A stretch of DNA of 63,897 nucleotides, counting the filler, from Octopus bimaculoides (taxonomy: Eukaryota): the NCBI RefSeq assembly GCF_001194135.2. It is 10 parts of 8 records of this genome, joined end to end, with 100 filler letters (N's around TTAATTAATTAA, not from the genome) between each part and the next. Parts side by side here need not be neighbours in the genome. Positions count along the whole stretch, not along the records: positions 1 to 22,200 come from NC_068981.1; positions 22,301 to 24,365 come from NW_026333689.1; positions 24,466 to 31,769 come from NW_026382920.1; 7 more parts are not named here. One strand, given 5' to 3'. The notes below the pieces were generated by a model. That model was not told the DNA's origin and made no database searches. It was given only the letters and a program-made list of their open reading frames with translations. The number at the start of each line of letters is the position of its first letter. Position 1 is the stretch's first letter. The position numbers and the translations under genes are program-made. Of the stretch, positions 14,019 through 27,444 are shown one piece after another.

Positions 14019-14673
14019 GTATGTGAGCTTTTTATCAGCACAGCTAAAGCTGAACCTGTCAGTAATGGAATATCGTATAATCTACCAAGTATCATTAACG
14101 GTTTCCTGTATCGTTATAGTAGGTATAACCAATGTGATTAGTATAGACCTTAAAACATATTCTGAATTTAAATTTTGACCATTATATACATGGCTCGCTA
14201 GTGAGCTGTTTATTGTCTTTGTGACTAGTGTGCGCTATCTATATGCTTGCTTTAGATTTGTGCTGTGATGCGAGTTTTGATTTCATCATTAATCTTCTAA
14301 TTTTGTGTGGAATTCACTGGAATACAGATATATTGACCATTATGCTTTTCTATCTAATTGCTCTTTCTGTTGAGCAATGAGGTGCAGTGCAGTTGTACCT
14401 CGTAAGTCCATGGCGATCCGGCGGCTGAGTGTGGTACCTGCATGGGCGAAGTCATAGTTGGAGTTATGAAGGTCACATCTTTCACGCTTGCAAACAAATT
14501 TCTAAATTACATTAACAAGCCATTTTGTCGCGGTTTTTCATGCTTTTCATTTGATATCGATGAATAACTTTTTAGGATAAATTTAGATATGTTGAAAATC
14601 ATTACACAAAGTCATTAACGATGCTTTGTGTATAATATTCATACATATATGTATATGCAATATCTATCTATCA

Positions 14674-14742
<69 letters not shown>

Positions 14743-15190
14743 CACACACACACACATTTATCTGATTCATGAGGTTTGTGATAGAGATATTCATCATTCT
14801 TGAGTTAGTAAGCAATTGGTTCTTTCATGATGTCGTTTATGTGTCATTTTCACATTTAACACATGTTCGATACCATATTATTTGCTTTAGCATTACTGAT
14901 TGGTTTGTTCTGTTGGTTTGAATATATATTCTCGATTATTATTGGTTTTATTTTCTAGAATTACTTTTATATAATTCTTCAATTTATTTGTTGTACCACG
15001 GAAGAATCATTATGCAAATTGCAAACGTTCGTTTCTATAATTTTCTTAATGGATATTTCTGGGTAAAAACGGAGTATGCCATGCTGCCACCCATATTTTT
15101 AATATGTAACTAGATAAAGATTAATTTTATTAACTCACTCTTTACTATATCTATGTCAAACGCCAAATATTTCCAACTCAAAACTTACAC

Positions 15191-15592
15191 TTTTACTCTT
15201 TTACTCGTTTCAGTAATTTGATTGCGGCCATGCTGGAGCACCGTCTTTAGTCGAGCAAATCGACCCCAGGACTTATTCTTTGGAAGCCTAGTATTTATTC
15301 TATCGGTATCTTTTGCCGAACCGTAAACACACCACCATCGATTGTCAAGTGATGTTGGGCGGACAAACACAGACACACAAACATATACACATACATACAT
15401 ACATTCATACATACATACATATGCATATATACGACGGTCTTTCAGTTTCCGTCTACCAAATCCACTCACAAGGTTTTGGTCGGCCCGAGGCTATAGTAGA
15501 AGACACTTGCCCAAGGTGTCACGCAGTGGGACTGAACCCAGAACCATGTGGTTGGTAAGCAAGCTACTTACCACACATCCACTCCTGCGCCT
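15191..15592 (-). mobile_element. CORE-SINE family S1, full copy
   Basis: Reverse complement: GGCGCAGGAGTGG(A)TGTGTGGTAAG...GGGTTCAGTCCC (A/B-box-like), core, TG/TA microsatellite, CR1-type tail. Confidence 0.9.
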
Positions 15593-15670
15593 ATGTTAAA
15601 AAATACAAAAATATTCACACACACATATTTGTATGTTTGTATGTGCGTATGTGTGTGTGCGTGTGTGTAT

Positions 15671-15705
<35 letters not shown>

Positions 15706-16069
15706 CGTGTGTGTGTGTCTGTGTGTGTGTTTGTGTCTGTATGTATATATCTATATATAAATATAAATGCACTCCTGGATCTGATATATGCGGCGCCACA
15801 AGGTCCTATGTCCAAAGAAAGACATATTGCTGTGCTCTTACGGCGCGTAACATCTATGGATTTGGGATGCGAGTGTACATATATACACAAATATAACTGA
15901 AGCCAAATGTATTACAACTGTCATGCGTTTTGATTTCATAACATCGTTTATATGATTTCTTTCTATGTATATGCTTAAATTTATATACTATCCTCCACAA
16001 AGCAGACCACACATACACACATACACATATGTATAGAGAGATAGAGACAGAGAGATATATAGATAGATA

Positions 16070-16118
<49 letters not shown>

Positions 16119-17439
16119 TTAGTGAGAGATGGATATGCTCATGTGCACACAATATATATGTGTATGTCTGTATCTACGTGCACACATACACACACACAGG
16201 CAGACATATATATATATAATGATATGCATCTATCAATATACTTATAGCGTGACAGAGAGAGAGAGAAGGGGGTACCGTAAAGGCAATGTGATAAATGTAT
16301 ATTTTACAATTAAATCCTTCTTTGTTCGTGTTCATCCTTTTATCTGCCTTAAAAGCTGCGACTTATGTCAGATACAAAAATAATGAGAATCAACTTAGAG
16401 ATAGACTTTTCTATATTGCGTCTGTTCTAGATTACAAAATTTAAAAAGGGTAATATACTATCGGTATTTGATCCGCCACGTATAATATTGATTTGATTTC
16501 ATTAAAGCGCTGTTATGATAGCATTCTGTGGCGTTAGGTTACGCAATATATTATTTATTCGCTTTCTATATAGTAGATAAGAGTATTAACATCATTGCAC
16601 TGCAGAGATAGGAATAAACAAATATTACTGGTCTACCTAAAAATAAGGTCAATATAAATGAACTGGAAATATATTCCTATCTAGCGAGTTAATCGGTAGC
16701 TTCTTTGGCTGAACTTTTTCTATCATCGTATTATCAAGAAACGACTGCAATGAAAGGAAGCAATGAAAATAATTTCTAAGAAATAGTAAAAGACAAGTGT
16801 TGACCAATGAAAGAATTTGCACAAAGATATCTATCTTGATGTTTTACATTCTTTAGGCTGTAATAGGATAGACATTCATCCATTGAATCTATACATACGT
16901 AAGCATGATCTTTAGTTATTTAGTTTGTTTCAGAGGTCATGCCAGTTGCCTCTGAATTAATCTTACGGGTTTCTTCATCGCATGGTGAAAGATATGACAA
17001 TTTTTCATGCTCAGAGGTCATAGCCTGTTAGTGAGAATAGAAATTAACAAGTGGAAATGTTAAAGAACGTTAAAAGAATTTCATTTATGGAATCTAGGTT
17101 GATATCCCGGAATAAATAAAATTGAATATTAAGTATTTATGGAATTTTAATTTACTGTCGGGTGACTTTTGTCGAAACTTGTACACTGAGTAAAGTGCAT
17201 TTATATATATCGTTCTCTAGGAATATAACCCATATATCTAACACATTTATACACACAGAGATTTATGAACGCACACACATACACTCAGACATATTTGTAT
17301 TTCAATTTTAATGGAGATCCCCTCTCCTTCCGCCAAGTTCCGTATAAAGAGAGACTGAAGGTGGCAAGCAAGCGGGAAACTGTTGAAACGTAAAGTATAA
17401 AATCGGCTAAAAGTATTGAGGCAATTTTTAGTATGCATA

Positions 17440-17474
<35 letters not shown>

Positions 17475-17705
17475 NNNNNNNNNNNNNNNNNNNNNNNNNN
17501 NNNNNNNNNNNNNNNNNNNNNNNNNNNNNNNNNNNNNNNNNNNNNNNNNNNNNNNNNNNNNNNNNNNNNNNNNNNNNNNNNNNNNNNNNNNNNNNNNNNN
17601 NNNNNTATACATACATATATATATATATACATACATACATACATACATACATTCATACATACATACATACACACACATATCCATAAACAGAATAATATAT
17701 ATAAT

Positions 17706-17935
17706 CTCTTTATTGCCCATAGGTGACTAAACATAGAGGGAAAAAAACAAGTACGGTAAAAGGGATTAAGTCGATTACATCGACCCCATTGCGTAACTGG
17801 TACTTATTTAATCGACTCCGAAAGGATGAAAGGCAAAGTCGATCTCGGCGGAATTTGAACTCAGAACGTAAAGACAGACTAAATACCGTTAAGCACTTCG
17901 CCCGGCGTGCTAACGTTTCTGCCAGCTCGCGACCT
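17706..17935 (-). mobile_element. SINE family S2 with T2 tail
   Basis: Head CGAGCTGGCAGAAACGTTAGCACGCCGGGCG, B box GAGTTCAAATTCC, central GCCTTTCATCCTTTCGG motif, tail TTTAG...GGGCAATAAAG. Confidence 0.85.
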
Positions 17936-18189
17936 TATACACAAATAATATAGGCTTAACTTTGCACCTTGTAGGGATCGCTCTCTCTTTTTTTCACATT
18001 TGCATAACTTTTGTAACACGGTTGCTGTGTAATATTTTATAAATCTTATTCATGTAATTTTGTGTATACATTTATAAATCTTCATATATTCATAACAATT
18101 TTCATTATATTCAAGATTTTTTTTACCACAATGCAATAGAGGGTAAAGTCAGGTCTTTAAAAACTCTTATCAGTTTAATATATTATGGT

Positions 18190-18530
18190 AGCACGACGTG
18201 GTCTATCAACTTCATTGCCCACTGTTCTATCACCATATTCTCCTGTCTTTATTATAGTGTGGCCGTAAAGTCTGAATACATAGAATTGGGTGCCTCGACC
18301 GTGTGGAATCGATTCGTCGTCCATCAGCTGTTAGTTCCTTTCACTCCCTTTTGTGTGGTATGCTGAAGGAGGAGATGTACTGAATGAAAATGAGAGATAT
18401 GAATCATTTGAAGGAACGCCTCATGAGTGAATTAGCTCAAATTGATGGAAATGTGGAGGTAATGTTACAGGTCATGTACACCTCGTAGAGCACATCAAAG
18501 TTTGCACAACTAATGTGGAAAATACGCTGA
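18190..18530 (+). mobile_element. Decayed Tc1/mariner-superfamily transposase C-terminus
   Basis: Translates LLCGMLKEEMY*MKMRDMNHLKERLMSELAQID, resembling the FLWGYLKxKVY...IRDLxHLKERI pattern of rosa/DD41D-like transposases. Confidence 0.55.
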
Positions 18531-19872
18531 AAATATCATTCCTTACAGCAGTTGAATAAAATTATCGAAAATATACATTTTTGTCTATGTCGTTTACTGT
18601 CACTCTGTATTTTATCACATTTCTCTCCGCCTCACTTTTTCTAACTTCCGCTCTAGATGATATCGCATACAGTCAATTCGTTCTCCACCAGATTTTTTTT
18701 TTTTTCGTATATGTTTATTTTGTTTTTCACATTTTAAATTTCCTGCGTGACCGATCTCTATCATCCCGTCTTCTTTTCTTCTTTTCTGCTGGTATTCTCT
18801 TAAAATTCTTATTTACTGTTTCTGCTCTTCTCTCCTTGTTATATCATCTCATTCTTTTTTCTTGATAACTAATGTCTTGAGAAGTACAAATATAGTTTAT
18901 AGAATAAAATATTTGCATAAGATGATAAAATATAGAAAAGCTATAAACACAGAAGATTTCTTGCATTCATACAGTTTGTTTTGCCTCATAAATTAAAGGT
19001 GAAAATTAAAATCTTTTCCTACGATTCTATTGTCGCTGATTCATTGTGGTAAATCAACTGTCATAATAAGCCGCCTCTGGTCTATTTTGATACGAAACCG
19101 TTTGTGTCTCGCTTTGCACTTAGAAAAGACATATCCAAAATATACCAACACAGTTCATAGTTGGAATATATGTTCATATTATTACAATATTTGGAGTAAG
19201 CCGACACTAGCGAAAGCAAGTTATAAAAAAACAAAATATAGTTTAGGAACTGAGCAATATGTGAGTCTCAACAAACGTTGTCACTGCATCTCTTATGTAT
19301 CTTAGACTACTTCCTTTTGAAGATAGGCGTTTGAGCCCGAAATATAAAGGTTTATTTATAAAACTTCCGGCATTGTTTGAAAGACATCTTTATTTCCCTT
19401 TTCTCGTGTGTGTGTGTGTGCGCGCGCGCGCCCGATGATGATTTAGCTAGCTGAAACTTCGTAGGCAGAGTCAACAATGTTTTTGTTTAGGACAAATTCT
19501 TGTCCTTTATACAAGTACAGAGTAATCCCGGAGATAAATGTAAATTTGCTTATATCATAGGGAAACAAAACAAAGCTTTAGCACGCGCACACGCACACAC
19601 ACACACACACATACACACACACGCACACACACGTCAATTTTAGGCATGCGTACGTATAGGATATGTAACTGTGAATGCATCTGTATCATATTTTATATAT
19701 AAACAATGCTAAGGAACGCGGCAGGAACTAAGTCAGGTACGACAAACCCACAGGAATTAAGCATTCGAAGTTTTTTGTAAAATAAATACGCGAAAGGAGT
19801 GACGTATAATCTACTCAACATATTCAGTAATATTTAACTATGTTATATATTTAAGTATGTATACTGGGAATC

Positions 19873-20151
19873 AATTGCCTACGGCGAAAAGGCTTCCAGT
19901 TAATCCGATCAATGGAACAATATCCTCGTGAAATTAACGTGCATGTGTTTGAGTCCTCCTTAGACACGCGTACCCATTCACAAACTTCTCAGGGAGATCC
20001 AGCGTGACACAGGGCTTGAGAAGGTTTGCCCATTGAAATAATGGTACTACTCATTTTTGGCAGCTGAGTGGACTGGAGCAACGTGAAATTAAGTGTCTTG
20101 CTCAAGGACACAACGCCGGGAATTGAAGTCACCACCCCAACCGAATACCCT
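19873..20151 (-). mobile_element. SINE family S4 (CORE body plus T4 tail), head truncated
   Basis: Aligns with 38263-38582; ends where the LINE fragment begins. Confidence 0.75.
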
Positions 20152-20345
20152 GACAACTACGCTGATGACACAAAACTATCTCAAGCAATAAAGAATACTG
20201 ATGGTGTGAAAAGCCTGCAGAATGACCTAAATATATATACCAGTGGGCAGAGCCAAATAATATGCGGTTCAATGCTAAAAAATGTTAAGTACATGTGCTA
20301 CAAGGCTTGGCTGAAACGCATAAATAAAAAGTAAATAAATAAATA
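20152..20345 (+). mobile_element. CR1-group LINE fragment: RT catalytic region joined to 3' tail
   Basis: NYADDTKLSQAIKNTDGVKSLQNDL.../YQWAEPNNMRFNAKKC (YADD at 20158-20169), then CTTGGCTGAAACGCATAAATAAA matching nt 315-335. Confidence 0.8.
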
Positions 20346-20355
20346 AATATATATA

Positions 20356-20399
<44 letters not shown>

Positions 20400-20839
20400 T
20401 AATAATAATATCGATAAAAATCCAAATTTACAGGGAAAAACTCCATCAAATTCAATTTATTAAAAATTAAAATGAAGTTTCACTGTATAAAATATAAATA
20501 TATAGTTTTAGGGAACATAGACAGTGGATTTTCATAGATGAGTTNNNNNNNNNNNNNNNNNNNNNNNNNNNNNNNNNNNNNNNNNNNNNNNNNNNNNNNN
20601 NNNNNNNNNNNNNNNNNNNNNNNNNNNNNNNNNNNNNNNNNNNNNNNNNNNNNNNNNNNNNNNNNNNNNNNNNNNNNNNNNNNNNNNNNNNNNNNNNNNN
20701 NNNNNNNNNNNNNNNNNNNNNNNNNNNNNNNNNNNNNNNNNNNNNNNNNNNNNNNNNNNNNNNNNNNNNNNNNNNNNNNNNNNNNNNNNNNNNNNNNNNN
20801 NNNNNNNNNNNNNNNNNNNNNNNNNNNNNNNNNNNNNNN

Positions 20840-20938
20840 GAAGAAGAAGAAGAAGAAGAAGAAGAAGAAGAAGAAGAAGAAGAAGAAGAAGAAGAAGAAG
20901 AAGAAGAAGAAGAAGAAGAAGAAGAAGAAGAAGAAGAA
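20840..20938 (+). repeat. (GAA)n microsatellite at gap edge
   Basis: Pure trinucleotide run. Confidence 0.95.
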
Positions 20939-22244
20939 GGTGATGCCGTTGGCCTTGATGGGAAAAAAGATGGCGAATATGCTTAATAGACACATTTTAA
21001 TTTTAACATACTACAAATTGTCTCATTCATCTTCATTTTTGTTAATTATTTAAGGCCGTAAAGATGTTATTAAACTATCTTAAAGAGAATACAACAGTGT
21101 GGCTACATATCTTGTAAAAGGTTCCACATTCACGCCTTACAGCTCCCTATAATGCCATTAGTGAACGATTGATTTCATAGTCATAAACTAGGGGAGAGTT
21201 TTTCAACATAATATGCAATATTTCTGTTTTACTTTAATCAAACTGTAGTCAGTCACGTAGATTCAATTGTTCTTGATAACTAAATAATGACGTGAAGCTC
21301 TATCAAACTTGCAATTATTATAACTTGATTGTCTGTCACATGTAACTAATTGAATTATTTCATCTGCACTCTATCTCATTTCCTCGATCCTAGTTACATT
21401 AACTAAAGCAAAATATTTATCTAACCGATGAAAACACAGTAAATATTGCTCATAGAAAGACAAATGCACATCACTGCACAAATGAATTATTAATTGAATT
21501 AAAAGAATATCAGTCATGATTATCGCACAATATAAATATTGAATTATAATTTCTTTAATTCCATTTTAATTTCATTGACCACTTTTCAATTAATGTTTTC
21601 TAATCCTTTATCCAACGTCCATTTCACAGTTTAAGCTTGCTACAGTTTGCACTTTCGATGAGTCAGTGAATATTTCGATTGTCGGTGTCTAATGGCTTAT
21701 GCCCAAGCTCAATCAAAATTCAACTTAAACCTCAGTCACACATTTTCTCATCACTGATATTGTATCTCGAATTACCTTACTTATTGCGCTCTTTCAGTTT
21801 TTTTTTAATATGGTAGGTGCAGTTGCCGCTATTAGGCTGCTCTGTGTAGGGGTGAAATAAATGCACGTGCGCGCGCACACACATACACACTCATGCCAAT
21901 ACACATACCTACATACAAATATATATATACATACATATATATGTGTGTGTGTGTGTGTGTGGTGGAAGATTAAAGTCACCGCTAATTTCACTCTTGGTTA
22001 GTCAAGACTGATCAATCATGATCAACCAAGTGTGGAACTCGCGTAGCCTGTCATTTTTTCATACAATTATCGTATCTGTCCAATGCAAGCAACGTATTGA
22101 GTTCTGTAGCAAATAATATTTGCACTACGCATAATACACATACACACACATATAGGCATACAGCATATGCAACCTAACCTATATATATATATATATATAT
22201 NNNNNNNNNNNNNNNNNNNNNNNNNNNNNNNNNNNNNNNNNNNN

Positions 22245-22256
22245 TTAATTAATTAA
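22245..22256. other. Artificial contig spacer TTAATTAATTAA (also 24410, 31814, 34690, 49087, 53731, 57440, 60165, 61867)
   Basis: Identical 12-mer with stops in all six frames, each embedded in N runs (44 N each side where counted, 100 nt total). Confidence 0.97.
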
Positions 22257-22300
22257 NNNNNNNNNNNNNNNNNNNNNNNNNNNNNNNNNNNNNNNNNNNN

Positions 22301-22350
22301 GCCATGTGGCTGCGGTCATGCTGGTGCACCACCGTGATTTTCACGTTCCT
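22301..22350 (-). mobile_element. Short 3' UTR copy of the CR1-group LINE
   Basis: Reverse complement AGGAACGTGAAAATCACGGTGGTGCACCAGCATGACCGCAGCCACATGGC is nearly identical to nt 271-320. Confidence 0.85.
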
Positions 22351-22448
22351 GTATTATTATATTCATAGTATATCATGTAATATTGTAATATTATAATATA
22401 AATAAATTATTGGATTGTCAATAGTATCTCTCTATTTATCTTTGTATG

Positions 22449-22490
<42 letters not shown>

Positions 22491-23076
22491 GAGACTGAGG
22501 ATGGAGACAGATGCAATGGATGACCATTGTGTGGGATGACCATTGTGTGTGTCTGCAATAGAAGTGGGATGGTGAACATTCAACGTTGATTAGAAAACTC
22601 AAACAGCATTTCAACTCTGTGTGTGTGTGTGTGTGTGTGTGCGGGTGTGTAGTAGTAGTAGTGGTGGTGTACAAGGGAAATATGTGAATGTTTGTATCTG
22701 TAATTATTATGTACTTTATTTACATATAAAATACTACAATTAGCTGTCATTTTTGACGGCAAAGGGGGCCAGCTAGTAGTTTATAATATATGTTCATGCA
22801 TCAGACTGACAAAAACCATTTAGTTATCCTCAGAAATGACTGCTGACTTGCTCAGAGACTTTGTTTGAAGTGAAGATGAGTTGTGCACCATCAACCTTGC
22901 TCTCTCATTTGTGAGTGTCTTCAATACTATGACAAGATAAGGTAAAGACGACAAGGGATGGAGACAGATGCAATGGATGACCACGGTGTCTTATTTTTGC
23001 CTCGTCTTGCTCTCTGCACTACACAATGCACTGCTGCAGTTGCCTTTCCCTGTCAAACTATGAAGTCACAGAGTAT

Positions 23077-23920
23077 GCACAGGAGTGGCTGTGTGGTAAG
23101 CAGCTTCCTTATCAACCACATGGTTCAAGGTTCAGTCCCACTGTGTAGCACCTTGGGCAAGTGTCTTCTACTATAGCCTCAGGCCGACCAAAGCCTTGTG
23201 AATGGATTTGGTAGACAGAAGCTGAAAGAAGCCTGTCATATATATATATATATAGTCAATTTAAATATGAGCAAACAAGAAAAAAACACGAAAAAATACA
23301 TGAAAAAACAATGCGTGGACGTGGAATAAGTACAGTGTTATTGGACACTCAGGAAAGGAAAGAAAAGAAAGAGGATTTAATGTTTTGATCGGAGATCTTC
23401 GTCAGAAATATAGGAAAAGTCCAAAGAAGGGTAGACAGAGAAAGAAAATCACCATATATATATANNNNNNNNNNNNNNNNNNNNNNNNNNNNNNNNNNNN
23501 NNNNNNNNNNNNNNNNNNNNNNNNNNNNNNNNNNNNNNNNNNNNNNNNNNNNNNNNNNNNNNNNNNNNNNNNNNNNNNNNNNNNNNNNNNNNNNNNNNNN
23601 NNNNNNNNNNNNNNNNNNNNNNNNNNNNNNNNNNNNNNNNNNNNNNNNNNNNNNNNNNNNNNNNNNNNNNNNNNNNNNNNNNNNNNNNNTATATATATAT
23701 ATATTTATATATGTATATCTTTGTGTGTCTATGTTTTTCCCACCACCATCTCTTAACAACCGATGCTGGTGTGTTTACGTCCCTGTAACTTAGCAGTTCG
23801 GCAAAAGAGACTGATAGAATAAGTACTAGGCTTACAAAGAATAAGTCCTGGGGTTGATTTCTTCGACTAAAGGTGGTGCTCCAGCATGGCCACAGTCAAA
23901 TGACTGAAACAAATAAAAGA
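23077..23920 (+). mobile_element. CORE-SINE family S1 spanning a gap, with a nested insertion
   Basis: Head and core 23077-23230, tail 23700-23920; unrelated sequence at ~23253-23452 sits inside the central (TA)n. Confidence 0.85.
23253..23452 (-). mobile_element. Penelope-like terminal fragment with degenerate hammerhead motif (HH-C)
   Basis: Minus strand 23410-23375: TATTT CTGACGA A GATC TCC GATC AAAA CATT AAAT. Confidence 0.5.
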
Positions 23921-24902
23921 AAAAAAAAGGACAAAAAGATCCGCCAGATTCAGTCTTCACATGCATAAGTAGACAAACCCTAATATGTTTAACAACTCAT
24001 AGCTGGGATCATAACAGGTACTACTACTCCAGGTCAGAAGGTCAGAGCAACCCTGGGAGACAATAGCAGTTAAGAAGCAGTTCCACACTCCTCTCAGAAT
24101 CCCAGAACACCCAAACCAGGGCCCCACTACTGGGTGCCAGTTTAAAGTCATACCTATGGTAGAGGTTTATATTGTAACAAGAGTATCAAACAGCAGATTA
24201 TCCCATGTAGTCCTAAGACAAGATTAGAAAGGAATTTCGCTGCTGTTTCTAGCAGGATGAGTGACTGGATAGAGGTTCCATCATTGGCTCAGACAGTGGA
24301 GGGAGGGAGGGAAAGGGGTGTGAATGAAGGTGGAAGGAAACAATATGAAAACATGTGATGCTGGTNNNNNNNNNNNNNNNNNNNNNNNNNNNNNNNNNNN
24401 NNNNNNNNNTTAATTAATTAANNNNNNNNNNNNNNNNNNNNNNNNNNNNNNNNNNNNNNNNNNNNGTGCATATACACATTAACATATATGCATTGTGTGT
24501 ATGTGCGCGTGTTTGTGGCGAGTGTCTTTCTGTGTCCATGTTTCGACGATCTGTTATTTCATTCACTGAACAACCTGTGCAAGTGGCTGAGTATACCTCA
24601 GGCGCATCTATCCGTAACCTCATTCTTGCTCGAATTGAGCCGTTTTCTAAAATTCGAACGCACACGCGCGACTTGATTTTATTTCCAAAGCTTGTTTATA
24701 CCTGCAGCTTTAGTCACACCCGCTGGCCTATTATGACATGCACTGGGATCGAACCCGTGTCTTAGGATTGCAATGGAAACTTCCTAACTCCTCGACCATA
24801 TGTGTGTACCCATAAATATGTATGATAGCTATGGACTCACAGATATGTATTTATATATATATATATACACACACACATATATATATATACATATATATAT
24901 AC

Positions 24903-24937
<35 letters not shown>

Positions 24938-26266
24938 NNNNNNNNNNNNNNNNNNNNNNNNNNNNNNNNNNNNNNNNNNNNNNNNNNNNNNNNNNNNNNN
25001 NATATATAAAACGCAAATATATACATATATACATACCGTCTGCAAGTTGTTGGGTTCAGCATATTATACTTATATGTATATACTTATATATATATACTTA
25101 TATATATTTGTATATATATATATATATATATATATACATACATACATAGATGCATACACTCAAGCATGAACATTTATAAGTGTGTATACACACACACACA
25201 CATATATATACGTGTATATATATATATTATATATTTATTATATATTTATATGTATTTATGTACATGTATATGTACATACATTCATATATATGTGTATGTA
25301 TATATGTATGTATGCATGTATGTGTGCAGCTGCGTATGTACATCTACATACATGCATACATACATACATATATTCCTATATATATAATCTATATGAGCCC
25401 TTTAATTAATCATCACTTTTCTTTTCCCTTAATCTATCCTCCTTATCTCTGCAGAAGTAAAACGTGAAAGATTGCATTTTTTTTTCTTTCCTTTTTCCTA
25501 TCTTTCCCTAATCGACAAAAGGAAATTTCGGATTTAGATAAGCAATGTCAAAGTTTTATCCAGTTTTGCTTGCTTCCATGCGAAAAGTTGACAACAATAG
25601 NNNNNNNNNNNNNNNNNGGGGGGGGGGGGAGTATTTGAAAATTAAATTGAATTAAATTTAAATTAAATGAAAAATAACAAGTGAACGTACATAATCTTTA
25701 AAATATAAATATTTCATAATTAGTTTTACGTTATTAGATGTCTCAGGTTTTGTGTTTAATCAAATGTGTGTTTTTGTATGTATATATATATGTGTGTGTA
25801 TGTATGTATATACATGTGTATATGTAAATATGTATGTGCGTGTGTATGTATGTATGTGTAAGTATATATATATATATATATATATGTACATATATGTGTG
25901 TATGTACGTATGTATACGTACGTGTATATATTTATCAAACTCCCTCATAGACCAAATGACACATAGAGAAGTTTCCAAATAATGGTGTAACTCAGTCAAT
26001 GATGGTGCTCCAGCATGACCGCATCTCTGCGGGTAAAACAGTTTTCTTTTAATATTTAAAAATATTTGAAAATATATGTATATGTATGTATATATGTATA
26101 CATATTTATATGCATATATTTATATGTATATATTTATATATGTATTTTTATATACACATATATATATATATATATTTATATATCTTATATATAATATGAA
26201 TATATATGTATGTATATAAATATTTATGTATGTATGTATGTATGTATGTAGGTATATATATATATA

Positions 26267-26430
26267 TGGGAGAATATACAAATAATAACAACAGACGAGG
26301 ACAGGTGGTGTAAATAAGAAAAGGATCTATTAGTATGACGCTCGGGAATACGGAAAGTCTTTGACGTTTCGAGCTACGCTCTTCAACAGTAAGAATACGG
26401 AGACAAGGAGAAAAACACGGAGAAAAAATA
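26267..26430 (-). mobile_element. Penelope-like terminal fragment with hammerhead-like motif (HH-B)
   Basis: Minus strand 26395-26358: TTCTTA CTGTTGA A GAGC GTA GCTC GAAA CGTC AAAGA. Confidence 0.5.
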
Positions 26431-26440
26431 TTGAATAGTG

Positions 26441-26476
<36 letters not shown>

Positions 26477-26643
26477 NNNNNNNNNNNNNNNNNNNNNNNN
26501 NNNNNNNNNNNNNNNNNNNNNNNNNNNNNNNNNNNNNNNNNNNNNNNNNNNNNNNNNNNNNNNNNNNNNNNNNNNNNNNNNNNNNNNNNNNNNNNNNNNN
26601 NNNNNNNNNNNNNNNNNNNNNNNNNNNNNNNNNNNNNNNNNNN

Positions 26644-26697
<54 letters not shown>

Positions 26698-27254
26698 CAT
26701 GTGTGTGTTAGTTTCTATATCTTTTTCGTAAGCCCTGATAGAGTAGACTTAAAGTCAGAAGCATTCTAGTCGTGTCTATGCATTCTTAACTTAATGAGTT
26801 TCGTTTCCATGACAATAGGGTAAATTAATTTGGAAAGAAACTCGGCTACCTCTCTTCACATTTCGACTCTCCTCTATGTGTGTGCGTGTTTCTTTAAGAG
26901 ATGCGCTCTTCAAATATATACCAGAGGGCGCTGAAAATTTCTTGGCTTTGGTAAAAGAAAATACAGGAGGATCAGTTAATTATGATTTTATTCAACATAT
27001 TCCCCTCCCAGATTCACACACTTATTGCCACAGCCCTTCAGTTTTTCTAAGCCCTGTAAAAGAACTCGGAAGTTTGGGCCTCCAGCCAAGCATTTCGCGA
27101 GACCTTTAAATCCAGGACCTTTTCAGCATCCTGTCGTATTTGTATGCATTCGGCAGTAATGCCTTGTCAAGAATCACTGATTGTTTTAAAGAATTTCCAA
27201 TAGTAGATTTAACAAAAGACATTACTTTTGCATATATTTAAATATTCATCCTTT

Positions 27255-27440
27255 GGCGGCGAGCTGGCAGGACCGTTAGCATACCGGGCTAAATGCTTCA
27301 CGACATTTCGTCCGTCTTTCCGTTTTGAGTTTAAATTCCACCGAGGTCGTGTTTCGCTTTTGTCCTTCCGCGGTCGATGCCATCGATCTACCCGTCACCC
27401 TGACATTGCTGGTCCTGTGGTAGAATTCGAAACTAATATT
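27255..27440 (+). mobile_element. SINE family S2, diverged, T3-like tail
   Basis: GGCGGCGAGCTGGCAG head, GAGTTTAAATTCC B box. Confidence 0.75.
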
Positions 27441-27444
27441 TCAA

